DNA of 47,968 nucleotides from Aquiluna sp. (GTDB lineage: Bacteria; Actinomycetota; Actinomycetes; Actinomycetales; Microbacteriaceae), in NCBI GenBank assembly GCA_964202305.1, contig CAXNHX010000001.1, positions 1 through 47,968 of the forward strand, written 5' to 3'. The notes beneath the pieces were generated by a model. It saw only the letters and a list, made by a program, of their open reading frames with translations, made no database searches and was not told where the DNA came from. This document shows positions 1 to 8,918 of this stretch, piece after piece. Every line of letters begins with the position of its first letter. The first letter of the stretch is position 1. Both the position numbers and the translations under genes were made by a program.

Positions 1-1182
1 GAAGATCGGTGAGTTCTTGTTCACGTTCTCAACGATCTTCTCTCGATCATAGATATCAAGGTTGGCAAGCGCTACCGCGCAGGCAACGGGGTGCGCTGCG
101 AAGGTATAGCCGTGGGGGAAGATTACGGTGCCATCTTTGAAGGGCTCAAAGAACTTTTCCTTCAGGAAAAGGGCTCCTAGAGGTGCCGAAGCATTTGTTA
201 TGGCCTTGGCGGTAATCATCATGTCTGGCTGAATGTCGTAGCGCTCAGATGCAAACATGTGGCCAGAGCGTCCAAAGCCGGTGATGGTTTCATCGGCCAC
301 CAAGATCACGTCGTATTTCTGGCAAATCTCTCTCACCCTGCGGAAGTAGCTTGGGTGTGCCGTGAAGCAGCCACCAGAGTTTTGGATTGGCTCGACGAAG
401 AAGGCTGCGACTGTGTCGGGACCTTCGAACAGGATTGCCTCTTCGACACGGTTTGCTGCCCAGATGCCAAACTCCTCGGCATCTTTGAACCTGGGGTCGG
501 CTCGGTAGAAGTTGGTGTTTGGGACTCGGAACGTGGAGGGCACCAATGGCTCAAACATCTGCTTCATCGCTGCAATGCCTGTGATGGAAAGCGCTCCGTG
601 GCTGGTGCCGTGGTACGCAGTCATTCTGGAAATGACCTTTGTCTTGGTTGGCTTTCCGGTGAGCTTGAAATACTGCTTGGCAATCTTCCACGCTGACTCA
701 ACGGCTTCACCACCGCCGGTGGTGAAAAAGATTCGATTCAAATCTTTTGGTGCGTAGGAGAGTAGGCGCTCGGCCAATTCAATGGCCCTTGGGTGGGCAA
801 AGTTCCAGAGCGGCATGAAGTCGAGCTCCATGGTCTGTTTGGCGGCTGCCTTCGCGAGTTCAATCCGAGCGTGACCGGCGTTCACAGCGAATAGGCCGGA
901 GAGGCCATCCATCACCTTGCGACCCTTGGAGTCAATTAGGTAGTGACCTTCGCCGCGCTCGATGATGTTCACGTCTTTACCGTTGAAGAAGGGGGAGTGG
1001 CGGGTGAAGTGCATCCAGAGGTGATCCTTTGCACTTTGCTGCAGCAGGGCATCGTTGACCGGCTTGCCGGCCTGCATGGCTTCGAAAAGCTTGAGATCGC
1101 GCGCACCGGATTCCTGGTGCTTTACGCGCTTCTTCGCTCCGAAAAGCTTGATTAGTGGGTTAGCCCGCTCTTGAATCGTCAT
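1..1182 (-). CDS. Class III PLP-dependent aminotransferase (putrescine/omega-amine type), 3' end outside window
   Basis: Not in ORF track because it runs off the left edge. Hand translation from ATG 1182: MTIQERANPL...AKDHLWMHFTRH...IERGEGHYLIDSKGRKVMDGLSGLF...FFTTGGGEAVE...VADETITGFGRSG...PDMMITAKA. Alternative in-frame ATG at 1077. Confidence 0.9.
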   Translation of the reverse strand, partial: MTIQERANPLIKLFGAKKRVKHQESGARDLKLFEAMQAGKPVNDALLQQSAKDHLWMHFTRHSPFFNGKDVNIIERGEGHYLIDSKGRKVMDGLSGLFAVNAGHARIELAKAAAKQTMELDFMPLWNFAHPRAIELAERLLSYAPKDLNRIFFTTGGGEAVESAWKIAKQYFKLTGKPTKTKVISRMTAYHGTSHGALSITGIAAMKQMFEPLVPSTFRVPNTNFYRADPRFKDAEEFGIWAANRVEEAILFEGPDTVAAFFVEPIQNSGGCFTAHPSYFRRVREICQKYDVILVADETITGFGRSGHMFASERYDIQPDMMITAKAITNASAPLGALFLKEKFFEPFKDGTVIFPHGYTFAAHPVACAVALANLDIYDREKIVENVNKNSPIF

Positions 1183-1216
1183 CGATTATCACTTCTTCGC
1201 TGTTTGATTGGTCTCG

Positions 1217-1690
1217 TTACCGAGTTCCCCAGTTGTAGAACTGCTTGTGTAGTTTTAGGTAAACAAAGGTCTCTGTCGAGATTACGTTTTCCAGCGACCG
1301 GATTTGCTCGTTGATTAACGAGATTAGGTGCTCATCATTCTCGCTAACAACTTCCGCAAGGATGTCGAAGGAGCCAGCAGTTAGCACCACGTAGTCAACC
1401 GAGGCAATTTCACTCAAAGCCTCGGCGACCTTGGTCGCATTTCCCGAACACTTGATGCCGATCATCGCCTGCCTCGAGAAGCCCAACCTCAAGGGGTCCG
1501 TTACCGCAACAATCTGCATCACGCCAGACTCGGTTAGCTTTTGGACGCGCTGTCTGACTGCGGCCTCCGAGAGCCCCACGACTTTGCCGATCTCCGCATA
1601 GGACTTGCGACCGTCGTGCTGGAGTTGCTCAATGATTTGCTTGGAAACATCGTCCAGTTGGGACTGCTTAGCCCGAGCCATGCGTGACAT
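1217..1690 (-). CDS. Lrp/AsnC family transcriptional regulator
   Basis: LDDVSKQIIEQLQHDGRKSYAEIGKVVGLSEAAVRQRVQKL HTH plus C-terminal AsnC ligand domain (TAGSFDIL). Start placed at ATG 1690 because a GATACT -10-like hexamer lies 6 nt upstream. Confidence 0.92.
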   Translation of the reverse strand: MSRMARAKQSQLDDVSKQIIEQLQHDGRKSYAEIGKVVGLSEAAVRQRVQKLTESGVMQIVAVTDPLRLGFSRQAMIGIKCSGNATKVAEALSEIASVDYVVLTAGSFDILAEVVSENDEHLISLINEQIRSLENVISTETFVYLKLHKQFYNWGTR

Positions 1691-1846
1691 GCGACGAGTA
1701 TCGCATTTTTTTGCAGCAAATTGTCCCAAATCCGCAGTTATTTTGCCCAACAGTTGCGAAATCGGCGCAGTTTTTGATTTTGACTTTGGAAATGGTTATT
1801 TCAAGATTAGAGTCGAAGCACACATCTCAAAGAGGAGTAATCACAA

Positions 1847-3283
1847 GTGGCGCCTAAGCAACTGCAAAATTTCGTTGGTGGCAAGTACGTAACCCCGACT
1901 TCTGACAAAAATTCTCCAGTTATCAACCCTTCCACCGAGGAAACCTATGCTCACGCTCCGGTTTCAAACGATGCTGATGTTCAGCACGCCTACTCGGTTG
2001 CGCAGAAGGCTTTTGAGAGCTGGTCGCAGACCACGCCATCCGAGCGTCAGCTAGCGCTGTTCCGCATCGCAGATGCTCTAGAGGCTCGTGCTCAGGAGGC
2101 TGCAGACGTTGAGTCGGAGAACACCGGTAAGCCAAGGGCAACCCTGGTTGACTACGAGATGGCTCCCTCGGTGGATCAGATTCGCTTTTTCGCAGGTGCT
2201 GCACGCAACCTTGAGGGTCGAGCCACCGCCGAGTACACCAGGGATCACACCTCTTCGATTCGCCGCGAACCAATTGGCGTTATTGGTCAGGTCACCCCCT
2301 GGAACTACCCGCTCAACATGGCAGTTTGGAAGTTTGCTCCCGCAATTGCCGCGGGAAACACAGTCGTTCTCAAGCCTTCAGACACCACCCCGGCTTCGAC
2401 ACTCCTGCTTGCAGAGATAGCCAGCGAGTTTTTGCCAGAGGGTGTCTTCAATGTCATCACGGGCGACCGTGACACCGGTCGCGCGATGATCGAGAACAAG
2501 ATCCCCCAGATGGTCTCTATCACGGGCTCGGTGCGCGCGGGTATGGAGGTCGCCAAGACCGCTGCGGCTGATTTGAAGCGCGTTCATCTCGAACTCGGTG
2601 GCAAGGCACCGGTAATCGTATTTGACGATGCGGACTTCGAGAAGGCCGCCGCCGGCATCGTTGCGGCCGGCTTCTTCAACGCGGGTCAGGACTGCACCGC
2701 GGCAACCAGACTGCTGGTTCACGAGCGTGCCTATGACAACTTCATGGCTGCACTTCTTGCGGAGGTTAGGGCCTCGGCAAAGGTCGGCAAGCCATCTGAC
2801 CCAGACATCCTCTTCGGTCCAGTCAACAACGCCGGTCAGCTCGAGCGCGTGAAGGGCTTTATCGATCGACTGCCAAGCCACGCTCGGATTGAACATGGTG
2901 GCTCGCAGGTTCAGGGCAAGGGCTACTTCATGGAGCCAACCGTGCTCTCGGGCTTCAAGCAGGATGACGAGCACATCCAGGAAGAAATCTTTGGACCAGT
3001 GCTGACAGTCCAAAAGTTCTCCTCGGACGAGCAGGCTCTGAAGTGGGCAAACGATGTTCGCTACGGCCTAGCCTCTTCGGTTTGGACCTCAAACCACACC
3101 CGTGCAATGCGTTTTGCAAAGCACCTGGACTTCGGTTGTGTATGGATCAACTGCCACATTCCGCTTGCTGCCGAGATGCCACACGGTGGTTTCAAGCACT
3201 CGGGCTATGGCAAGGATCTATCTCACTACGGCTTCGAGGACTACACCCGCGTCAAACACGTGATGCACTACATCGGAGACTAG
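1847..3283 (+). CDS. patD: Gamma-aminobutyraldehyde dehydrogenase (ALDH family)
   Basis: ALDH motifs PWNYPL, ITGSVRAG, LELGGKAP, FNAGQDCTA (catalytic Cys), EEIFGPV; SD GAGGAG upstream; polyamine cluster context. Confidence 0.88.
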   Translation: MAPKQLQNFVGGKYVTPTSDKNSPVINPSTEETYAHAPVSNDADVQHAYSVAQKAFESWSQTTPSERQLALFRIADALEARAQEAADVESENTGKPRATLVDYEMAPSVDQIRFFAGAARNLEGRATAEYTRDHTSSIRREPIGVIGQVTPWNYPLNMAVWKFAPAIAAGNTVVLKPSDTTPASTLLLAEIASEFLPEGVFNVITGDRDTGRAMIENKIPQMVSITGSVRAGMEVAKTAAADLKRVHLELGGKAPVIVFDDADFEKAAAGIVAAGFFNAGQDCTAATRLLVHERAYDNFMAALLAEVRASAKVGKPSDPDILFGPVNNAGQLERVKGFIDRLPSHARIEHGGSQVQGKGYFMEPTVLSGFKQDDEHIQEEIFGPVLTVQKFSSDEQALKWANDVRYGLASSVWTSNHTRAMRFAKHLDFGCVWINCHIPLAAEMPHGGFKHSGYGKDLSHYGFEDYTRVKHVMHYIGD

Positions 3284-3320
3284 AAAGTAAAGATTAGATT
3301 TCATAGCTAACTATGGGGCC

Positions 3321-3337
3321 AAGTTTGTGACAAACTT
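3321..3337. promoter_or_regulatory. Perfect inverted repeat, candidate operator upstream of pot operon
   Basis: AAGTTTGT-G-ACAAACTT, 8-bp arms, in the spacer before potD. Confidence 0.45.
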
Positions 3338-3412
3338 TCCCTTACATCCAAATGCGGGTGACTGCCTAGAAAAAACAGAGCTTGCCGCGAGGCGAGAATT
3401 AGGAGAAGAGAC

Positions 3413-4648
3413 ATGAAGCAAGGACTTCCTCAGGACCCCATGATGCGCCAACTCGTTGAGATGGCAAGATCAAAGATGATCAGTCGCCGCGTGGCCCTCA
3501 TGGGCATTGGTGGATCGGCAGCGGCCGTAACGCTTGCCTCATGCGCCCCGGCTTCAGATTCCGCCCTAACTCCGGCTCAGGATCTGTCAGACTCCGAGAA
3601 GGTGCTCGTCTGGCACAACTGGTCTTTCTACATGGACGGTGAGGACGACGGCTCCTATCCAACTCTGAATAGATTCATGCAGCAATCGGGCATCACCGTT
3701 GAGTACATGATGGAAATTGACGACAATGACACCTGGTACGCAAAGGTCAAGGACCAGCTGGCCCTTGGAACTGACCCAGGTTTCGACGTTGGTTGCCCAA
3801 CCTCATGGCTTGCAGACCGCATGATCGGTCTTGGTTACCTCCAGACCATGGACAACGCCAACATGCCAAACAAGGTTGCAAACCTTGCACCTGCCTACCT
3901 AGGTAATGCAAATGACCCAGAGCGCGTGCTCTCCGTCCCTTACCAGGGCATCTTGGGTGGCATCGCTTACGACAAGGCCGCTTACAAGGAGGCAACCGGT
4001 AAGGATGCCCCGACTTCTATTTCTGACCTCTGGGCTCCAGAGCTGAAGGGTCGCGTTGGACTGATCTCCGAGATGCGCGACACCGTGGGCTTGGTTCTGT
4101 TGAACCAGGGCATCGACATCTCTTCCGACAGCTCCTTGACCGAGGACGCCTTCAACTCAGCCGTTGACTTCATCCAGGAGCAGATCAATGCTGGCCAGGT
4201 GTTCAACATCAAGGGCCAGTCCTACGCTGAGGACATGGTGAACGGGAACATCATTGCGGCTACCGCTTGGTCTGGTGACGTAACCATCATGAACTTTGAG
4301 GTTGGCGAAGACCGCTTCGGCTTCGTGGTTCCAGACACCGGCGCCACAATCTCTGCTGACGTGTTTGTCATCCCAATGGGTTCACAGCACAAGAAGAACG
4401 CCGAAGCACTGATCAACTACTACTACGACCCAGTCAACGCCGCCGAGCTCGCTGCTTACGTGAACTACGTAACTCCAGTTGTTGGCGCCAGGGAAGAGAT
4501 GCTAAACATCGATCCCGAGCTTGCTGAGAACGAGCTGATCTTCCCTTCGGATGCATTCTTGGCTAACACCTTTGCCTTCCGAGCGCTAACTGGCCAGGAG
4601 GAGCAGCGTTTTGCGGCTGCCTGGCAAAACGTCCTTCTGGGCGCATAG
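3413..4648 (+). CDS. potD: Spermidine/putrescine ABC transporter substrate-binding lipoprotein (Tat signal)
   Basis: SRRVAL twin-arginine motif and LASC lipobox; WHNWSFYMD, WSGD, NAEALINYYYDP...YVNYVTPV typical of PotD/PotF; SD AGGAG. Confidence 0.9.
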   Translation: MKQGLPQDPMMRQLVEMARSKMISRRVALMGIGGSAAAVTLASCAPASDSALTPAQDLSDSEKVLVWHNWSFYMDGEDDGSYPTLNRFMQQSGITVEYMMEIDDNDTWYAKVKDQLALGTDPGFDVGCPTSWLADRMIGLGYLQTMDNANMPNKVANLAPAYLGNANDPERVLSVPYQGILGGIAYDKAAYKEATGKDAPTSISDLWAPELKGRVGLISEMRDTVGLVLLNQGIDISSDSSLTEDAFNSAVDFIQEQINAGQVFNIKGQSYAEDMVNGNIIAATAWSGDVTIMNFEVGEDRFGFVVPDTGATISADVFVIPMGSQHKKNAEALINYYYDPVNAAELAAYVNYVTPVVGAREEMLNIDPELAENELIFPSDAFLANTFAFRALTGQEEQRFAAAWQNVLLGA

Positions 4649-5779
4649 GTGTCTCCGGAGTTCATTGCCAAAGGGCAGGACCTTGAGCTAGTTGGAATCC
4701 GCAAGGAATTCCCCGGCTTCACCGCAATTGATGATCTTGATCTGAAGATCCCAGCAGGTGAGTTTTTCGCCTTGCTGGGACCTTCGGGTTGCGGTAAGAC
4801 CACATCACTGCGGATTGTTGCCGGACTAGAGGACCCCACTAAGGGTCAGGTGCTGATTGGTGGCAAAGACGTAACCTCGTATAAGCCACATGAGCGGCCG
4901 GTTAACACCGTGTTCCAAAGCTACGCTCTTTTCCCGCACATGTCCGTGCTAGAAAACGTTGCTTTCGGCCTGAGACAGCGGAAGGAGCCGGACCCAATCA
5001 AGAAGGCCAACGAGGCATTGGCATTGGTCGAGCTGGAGCACCTCGCTCAGCGCAAACCACAACAGCTCTCTGGTGGTCAGCAGCAGCGTGTTGCTCTGGC
5101 TCGCGCCTTGGTTAATAGGCCAGCGCTGTTGCTTCTGGATGAGCCTTTGGGTGCACTCGACCTGAAGCTGCGTCGCCAGATGCAGGTTGAGCTCAAGGCG
5201 ATTCAGCTCGAGGTCGGTCTTACGTTCCTTCACGTAACCCACGACCAAGAAGAGGCCATGGACATGGCCGACACTGTTGCGGTCATGAACCACGGCAAAA
5301 TTGAGCAGTTGGGCACCCCCGAGGCTCTCTATGATCGCCCAAGGACCGCGTTTGTTGCCCGCTTCCTCGGTCAGTCGAACATCTTCGTAGGGGAGGTCGT
5401 CGAGGAGAATGCCAACACCATTTCCATTAGCTGCAACGGACAAAAAGTTTCGGCCCCGAAGGCTCGAAGTGAGAAACACACAGGAAAAATTGCCCTTGGT
5501 GTGAGACCAGAGAAGGCAACCTTCCATGAGGCCAAGCCGGACCTAGATTCCAACTACAACCTGGTTGGCCCGGGTGAAATCATTGACATCCGCTTTACCG
5601 GTGTATCGAACCAGTACCTGATCGATGTTCCAGGTTTTGGTGACATCACGGTTTTCGCCCAGAACGTAGGCAAGTCACCGGTTGTAGAGCTGGGAGCTCA
5701 GGTTTGGGTGAGCTGGAAGGTGGAGCACGCTTTTGGGCTCAGTGACCTTCCCCTCAAGGCCGATAACGACGAGGTGTAG
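4649..5779 (+). CDS. potA: Polyamine ABC transporter ATP-binding protein
   Basis: Walker [58 protein letters not shown]-terminal TOBE-like region. Confidence 0.93.
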   Translation: MSPEFIAKGQDLELVGIRKEFPGFTAIDDLDLKIPAGEFFALLGPSGCGKTTSLRIVAGLEDPTKGQVLIGGKDVTSYKPHERPVNTVFQSYALFPHMSVLENVAFGLRQRKEPDPIKKANEALALVELEHLAQRKPQQLSGGQQQRVALARALVNRPALLLLDEPLGALDLKLRRQMQVELKAIQLEVGLTFLHVTHDQEEAMDMADTVAVMNHGKIEQLGTPEALYDRPRTAFVARFLGQSNIFVGEVVEENANTISISCNGQKVSAPKARSEKHTGKIALGVRPEKATFHEAKPDLDSNYNLVGPGEIIDIRFTGVSNQYLIDVPGFGDITVFAQNVGKSPVVELGAQVWVSWKVEHAFGLSDLPLKADNDEV

Positions 5780-5782
5780 AAC

Positions 5783-6697
5783 ATGGCTTTTGTCGCTCTC
5801 GGTCAAGGTTCTGGCGGGAAAACTTCACAGCCCTCAAAGGCCTCGAATGTAGCGTTCATTCTCCTGGCTCCAGGAATGATCTACCTTGGTCTTTTCTTCT
5901 TGACTCCTTTGGTTTCCTTGATCATTACATCTCTCAAGACTGCTTCAATCTCCGGCGATATCGGAATGTATGACTACGCCTTCCAGATCGGAAACTACGG
6001 GTATGCGATTGAGCAGTATCTGCCTCAGATCATCCGCAGCTTTGGCTATGCGCTAACGGCAACCCTGCTAGCACTGATCATCAGTTACCCGCTTGCTTAC
6101 TTCATCGGTGTAACCACTCGGAATCGCCCGATTCTCAAGGCATTGCTGTTGACGCTGGTGATTGCTCCGTTCTTCATCAGCTTCCTACTGAGAACTTTTG
6201 CTTGGCGACAGATTTTCTCTAATGAATCCCCAGCGGTGCAGTTCATTCAGAACATCGGGCTTCTGCAAGCCGACCAGTACATCATCGGAACTGACCTAGC
6301 CGTGATCATGGGCCTCACCTACAACTTCATTCCATTTATGACACTGCCGATCTACACCTCGCTCGAAAGGCTGGATGTGAGGCTTGTTGAGGCTGGGGCC
6401 GATTTGTATGCCTCGCCCGCAAAGACTTTTTGGCAGGTAACCTTCCCGCTTTCAATGCCCGGCGTCATCTCCGGAACTTTGCTGACTTTCATCCCGATTT
6501 CTGGCGATTATGTCTCAGCCTCCAGGGAGTTTCTAGGGTCCAGCTCGACCGCCATGATAGGAAACGTTGTGGAGGCAAACTTCTTTAGGATTCAAGACTT
6601 TCCAACTGCTTCCGCGCTCTCAGTGATGCTTATGGCCGTTATCGTAATTTTGGTGGCCTTCTATGTCCGACGAAGTGGAACGGAGGACCTGCTGTGA
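5783..6697 (+). CDS. potB: Polyamine ABC transporter permease
   Basis: Multiple TM helices; EAA loop LVEAGADLYAS...TFWQVTFPLSMPG. Confidence 0.9.
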   Translation: MAFVALGQGSGGKTSQPSKASNVAFILLAPGMIYLGLFFLTPLVSLIITSLKTASISGDIGMYDYAFQIGNYGYAIEQYLPQIIRSFGYALTATLLALIISYPLAYFIGVTTRNRPILKALLLTLVIAPFFISFLLRTFAWRQIFSNESPAVQFIQNIGLLQADQYIIGTDLAVIMGLTYNFIPFMTLPIYTSLERLDVRLVEAGADLYASPAKTFWQVTFPLSMPGVISGTLLTFIPISGDYVSASREFLGSSSTAMIGNVVEANFFRIQDFPTASALSVMLMAVIVILVAFYVRRSGTEDLL

Positions 6698-7488
6698 AGC
6701 TCTCGCTAGGAAAGTGGTTGCTCCCGACCTACGTGACCTTGGCCTTCATATGGCTCTTAATTCCAATTGGTTACACCTTCGTCTTCTCGTTCAACAAGGT
6801 TGAGAAATCCAACATCGCCTGGAAAGAGTTCACCTTCGACAACTGGTTATACATGTGTGCCCAGCCAGGTGTTTGCGAGGCTTTTGGTAACTCAGTTTCT
6901 ATTGCACTTATCTCAACTGCTATTTCAACCGCTTTGGGAACAGCAATCGCAATTGCCCTCGGTCGATATCGCTTCAAGGGTCGTTCCGCAACCAACCTGC
7001 TGCTGTTCTTGCCAATGGCAACGCCTGAGGTGGTGATGGGTGCAGGGCTCGCTGCACAGTTCTTGGACCTCGGAATTTCTAAGGGGTACTGGACCATCGT
7101 GGTTGCTCACGTCATGTTCACCCTCAGCTTCGTGGTCGTGACGGTGAAGGCTAGGGTTGCCACCCTCGATCCAAAGCTGGAGGAAGCCGGACGCGATCTC
7201 TACGCGAACGCCAGCCAGGTTTTCTGGAGAATAACCTTCCCTCTATTGCTGCCTGGAATCATGGCTGCCGCGATGCTGTCCTTTGCTCTGAGCTTTGATG
7301 ACTTCATCATCACTCAGTTCAACTCGGGTCCTGAGACGACCTTCCCGAAGTTTGTCTACACCACAGCAACCAGAGGCATTCCACCCGAAGCTAACGTGAT
7401 TGGAATCCTGGTCTTCTTCGTTGCAATCGCAATCGTGATGGCTGTGCAGATCAGGTCTAGCTTGAAGGCCAAAGCCCACAAGTCTTAG
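6694..7488 (+). CDS. potC: Polyamine ABC transporter permease
   Basis: TM helices; LEEAGRDLYA, FALSFDDFIIT PotC signature; GTGA overlap with potB stop. Confidence 0.9.
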   Translation: MKLSLGKWLLPTYVTLAFIWLLIPIGYTFVFSFNKVEKSNIAWKEFTFDNWLYMCAQPGVCEAFGNSVSIALISTAISTALGTAIAIALGRYRFKGRSATNLLLFLPMATPEVVMGAGLAAQFLDLGISKGYWTIVVAHVMFTLSFVVVTVKARVATLDPKLEEAGRDLYANASQVFWRITFPLLLPGIMAAAMLSFALSFDDFIITQFNSGPETTFPKFVYTTATRGIPPEANVIGILVFFVAIAIVMAVQIRSSLKAKAHKS

Positions 7489-8843
7489 CGGTAAAGGACC
7501 TCGACTGCCTCACGGAAGTGAGCGTGGTGGTGAGCAACATCCTCTTCGTCCGTATACGGCGACATTAGCGCCATGTTGTGGAACGGCGTCATCAAAATAC
7601 CTCGGTTGATGGCGTGTATTTGAAGATATTGCTGCAATTCAAAGTCATCCGCGTCGGCTGCCTGACGGCCATTCGTTGGGGCTGTTGATCTGAAGCTATA
7701 TTCGCCGCGGCAGCCAATTCTGGAAACCTGCCACGGGAGTTCGTACTCGTCAATCACGCTCTGAACGTTTGCCACCCAGAGCTCGGCAAGCTCGGTCATG
7801 CGTGCAAAGGCCTTCGGGGTTAGCACATTCTCTAGGGTTGCCCTCACCGCTGCCATGGATAGGGCATTGCCGGCGAGAGTTCCCCCCACGCCACCAACGT
7901 CGATTGACTCGAGGTTTGTGGAAGTTGCGATTCTCATGGCCAATTCACGAGTCATGCCAAAGGCACCGACTGGCACACCGCCACCAATGGTCTTGCCCAG
8001 CACCACGGCGTCTGGTTCAAGATTCAGCTCCCTGGTCATGCCTCCAGGGCCTGCCGAGATGGTGTGGGTTTCATCCAGAATCCACAGCACGTCATACTTC
8101 AGGCAAAGCTCCTGCATGCCCTCCAGGTAACCGGGCTCTGGAAGCACGATTCCAATGTTGGTAAGGGCTGGTTCCATCAGCATTGCGGCAATCTCGCCAG
8201 TCTGGAAAGCGCGTTCAGCGGCTTCTAGATCGTTGAAAGGAATAACAACGGTGGTTTCCTTGAGGTCGATTGGTTTTCCAACATTGTCGCGCCTTGGCAC
8301 GGTGTTGCCATCATCATCCATAACCGCGAAGGTCTCGTCGACGGTGCCGTGATAGCAGTAGTCGTGAACCGCAATCTTTGGTCTGCCAGTAACGTGTCTG
8401 GCATAGCGGAGCAGGTGTCGGTTGGCGTCTGTCGCACTGAGGGTAAACATCCACTTGGGCAGTCCAAAACGCTCGGCAAGTAAGGTGGCAGCGACAATCG
8501 AGTCCTCCGTTGGGAGCATGTAGGTCGAGCCCTTGGCAATTTGTTTTTGGACAGCTTTTACTGTGGGGTCCGGAGCGTGTCCACACATAGCACCGGTGTC
8601 GCCGAGGCAAAAGTCGGTGTACATGTTTCCGTCGACATCTGTAAAGTGAGAGCCCTTTGCGTGCTCTACGTAAATGGGGAAGGGGCCCGGCCACTTTGAC
8701 ATCCAGATCATGGGCACGCCCTCGATCATGGGCTCTAGGGCTCGTTCGTGGTGCTCACGAGAAGCTGGGTGGGTAAGGATGAAGCGGTTGTTTTCCTCAC
8801 GGAAGAGGTTGTCTAGGCGCTCTCTGTCGCCGTAGGCCTGCAC
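7485..8843 (-). CDS. Class III aminotransferase, glutamate-1-semialdehyde aminomutase-like, substrate unknown
   Basis: GVPMIWM, DVDGNMYTDFCLGDTG, YHGTVDE, ILDETHT, VLGKTIGGG (PLP Lys), GGTLAGN; SD GAAGGTGA upstream of GTG. Confidence 0.85.
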   Translation of the reverse strand: MQAYGDRERLDNLFREENNRFILTHPASREHHERALEPMIEGVPMIWMSKWPGPFPIYVEHAKGSHFTDVDGNMYTDFCLGDTGAMCGHAPDPTVKAVQKQIAKGSTYMLPTEDSIVAATLLAERFGLPKWMFTLSATDANRHLLRYARHVTGRPKIAVHDYCYHGTVDETFAVMDDDGNTVPRRDNVGKPIDLKETTVVIPFNDLEAAERAFQTGEIAAMLMEPALTNIGIVLPEPGYLEGMQELCLKYDVLWILDETHTISAGPGGMTRELNLEPDAVVLGKTIGGGVPVGAFGMTRELAMRIATSTNLESIDVGGVGGTLAGNALSMAAVRATLENVLTPKAFARMTELAELWVANVQSVIDEYELPWQVSRIGCRGEYSFRSTAPTNGRQAADADDFELQQYLQIHAINRGILMTPFHNMALMSPYTDEEDVAHHHAHFREAVEVLYR

Positions 8844-8918
8844 GATGAATCACCTTCGAATCTTGTCGTCTAAACACTGGACCCAAAGCTTGGGTCTAAA
8901 CCCACCCTAAGGGGTGTT

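Noticed and set aside
259-1155. Several + strand ORFs
   Set aside because: Shadows of the minus-strand aminotransferase that the track missed because it is truncated.
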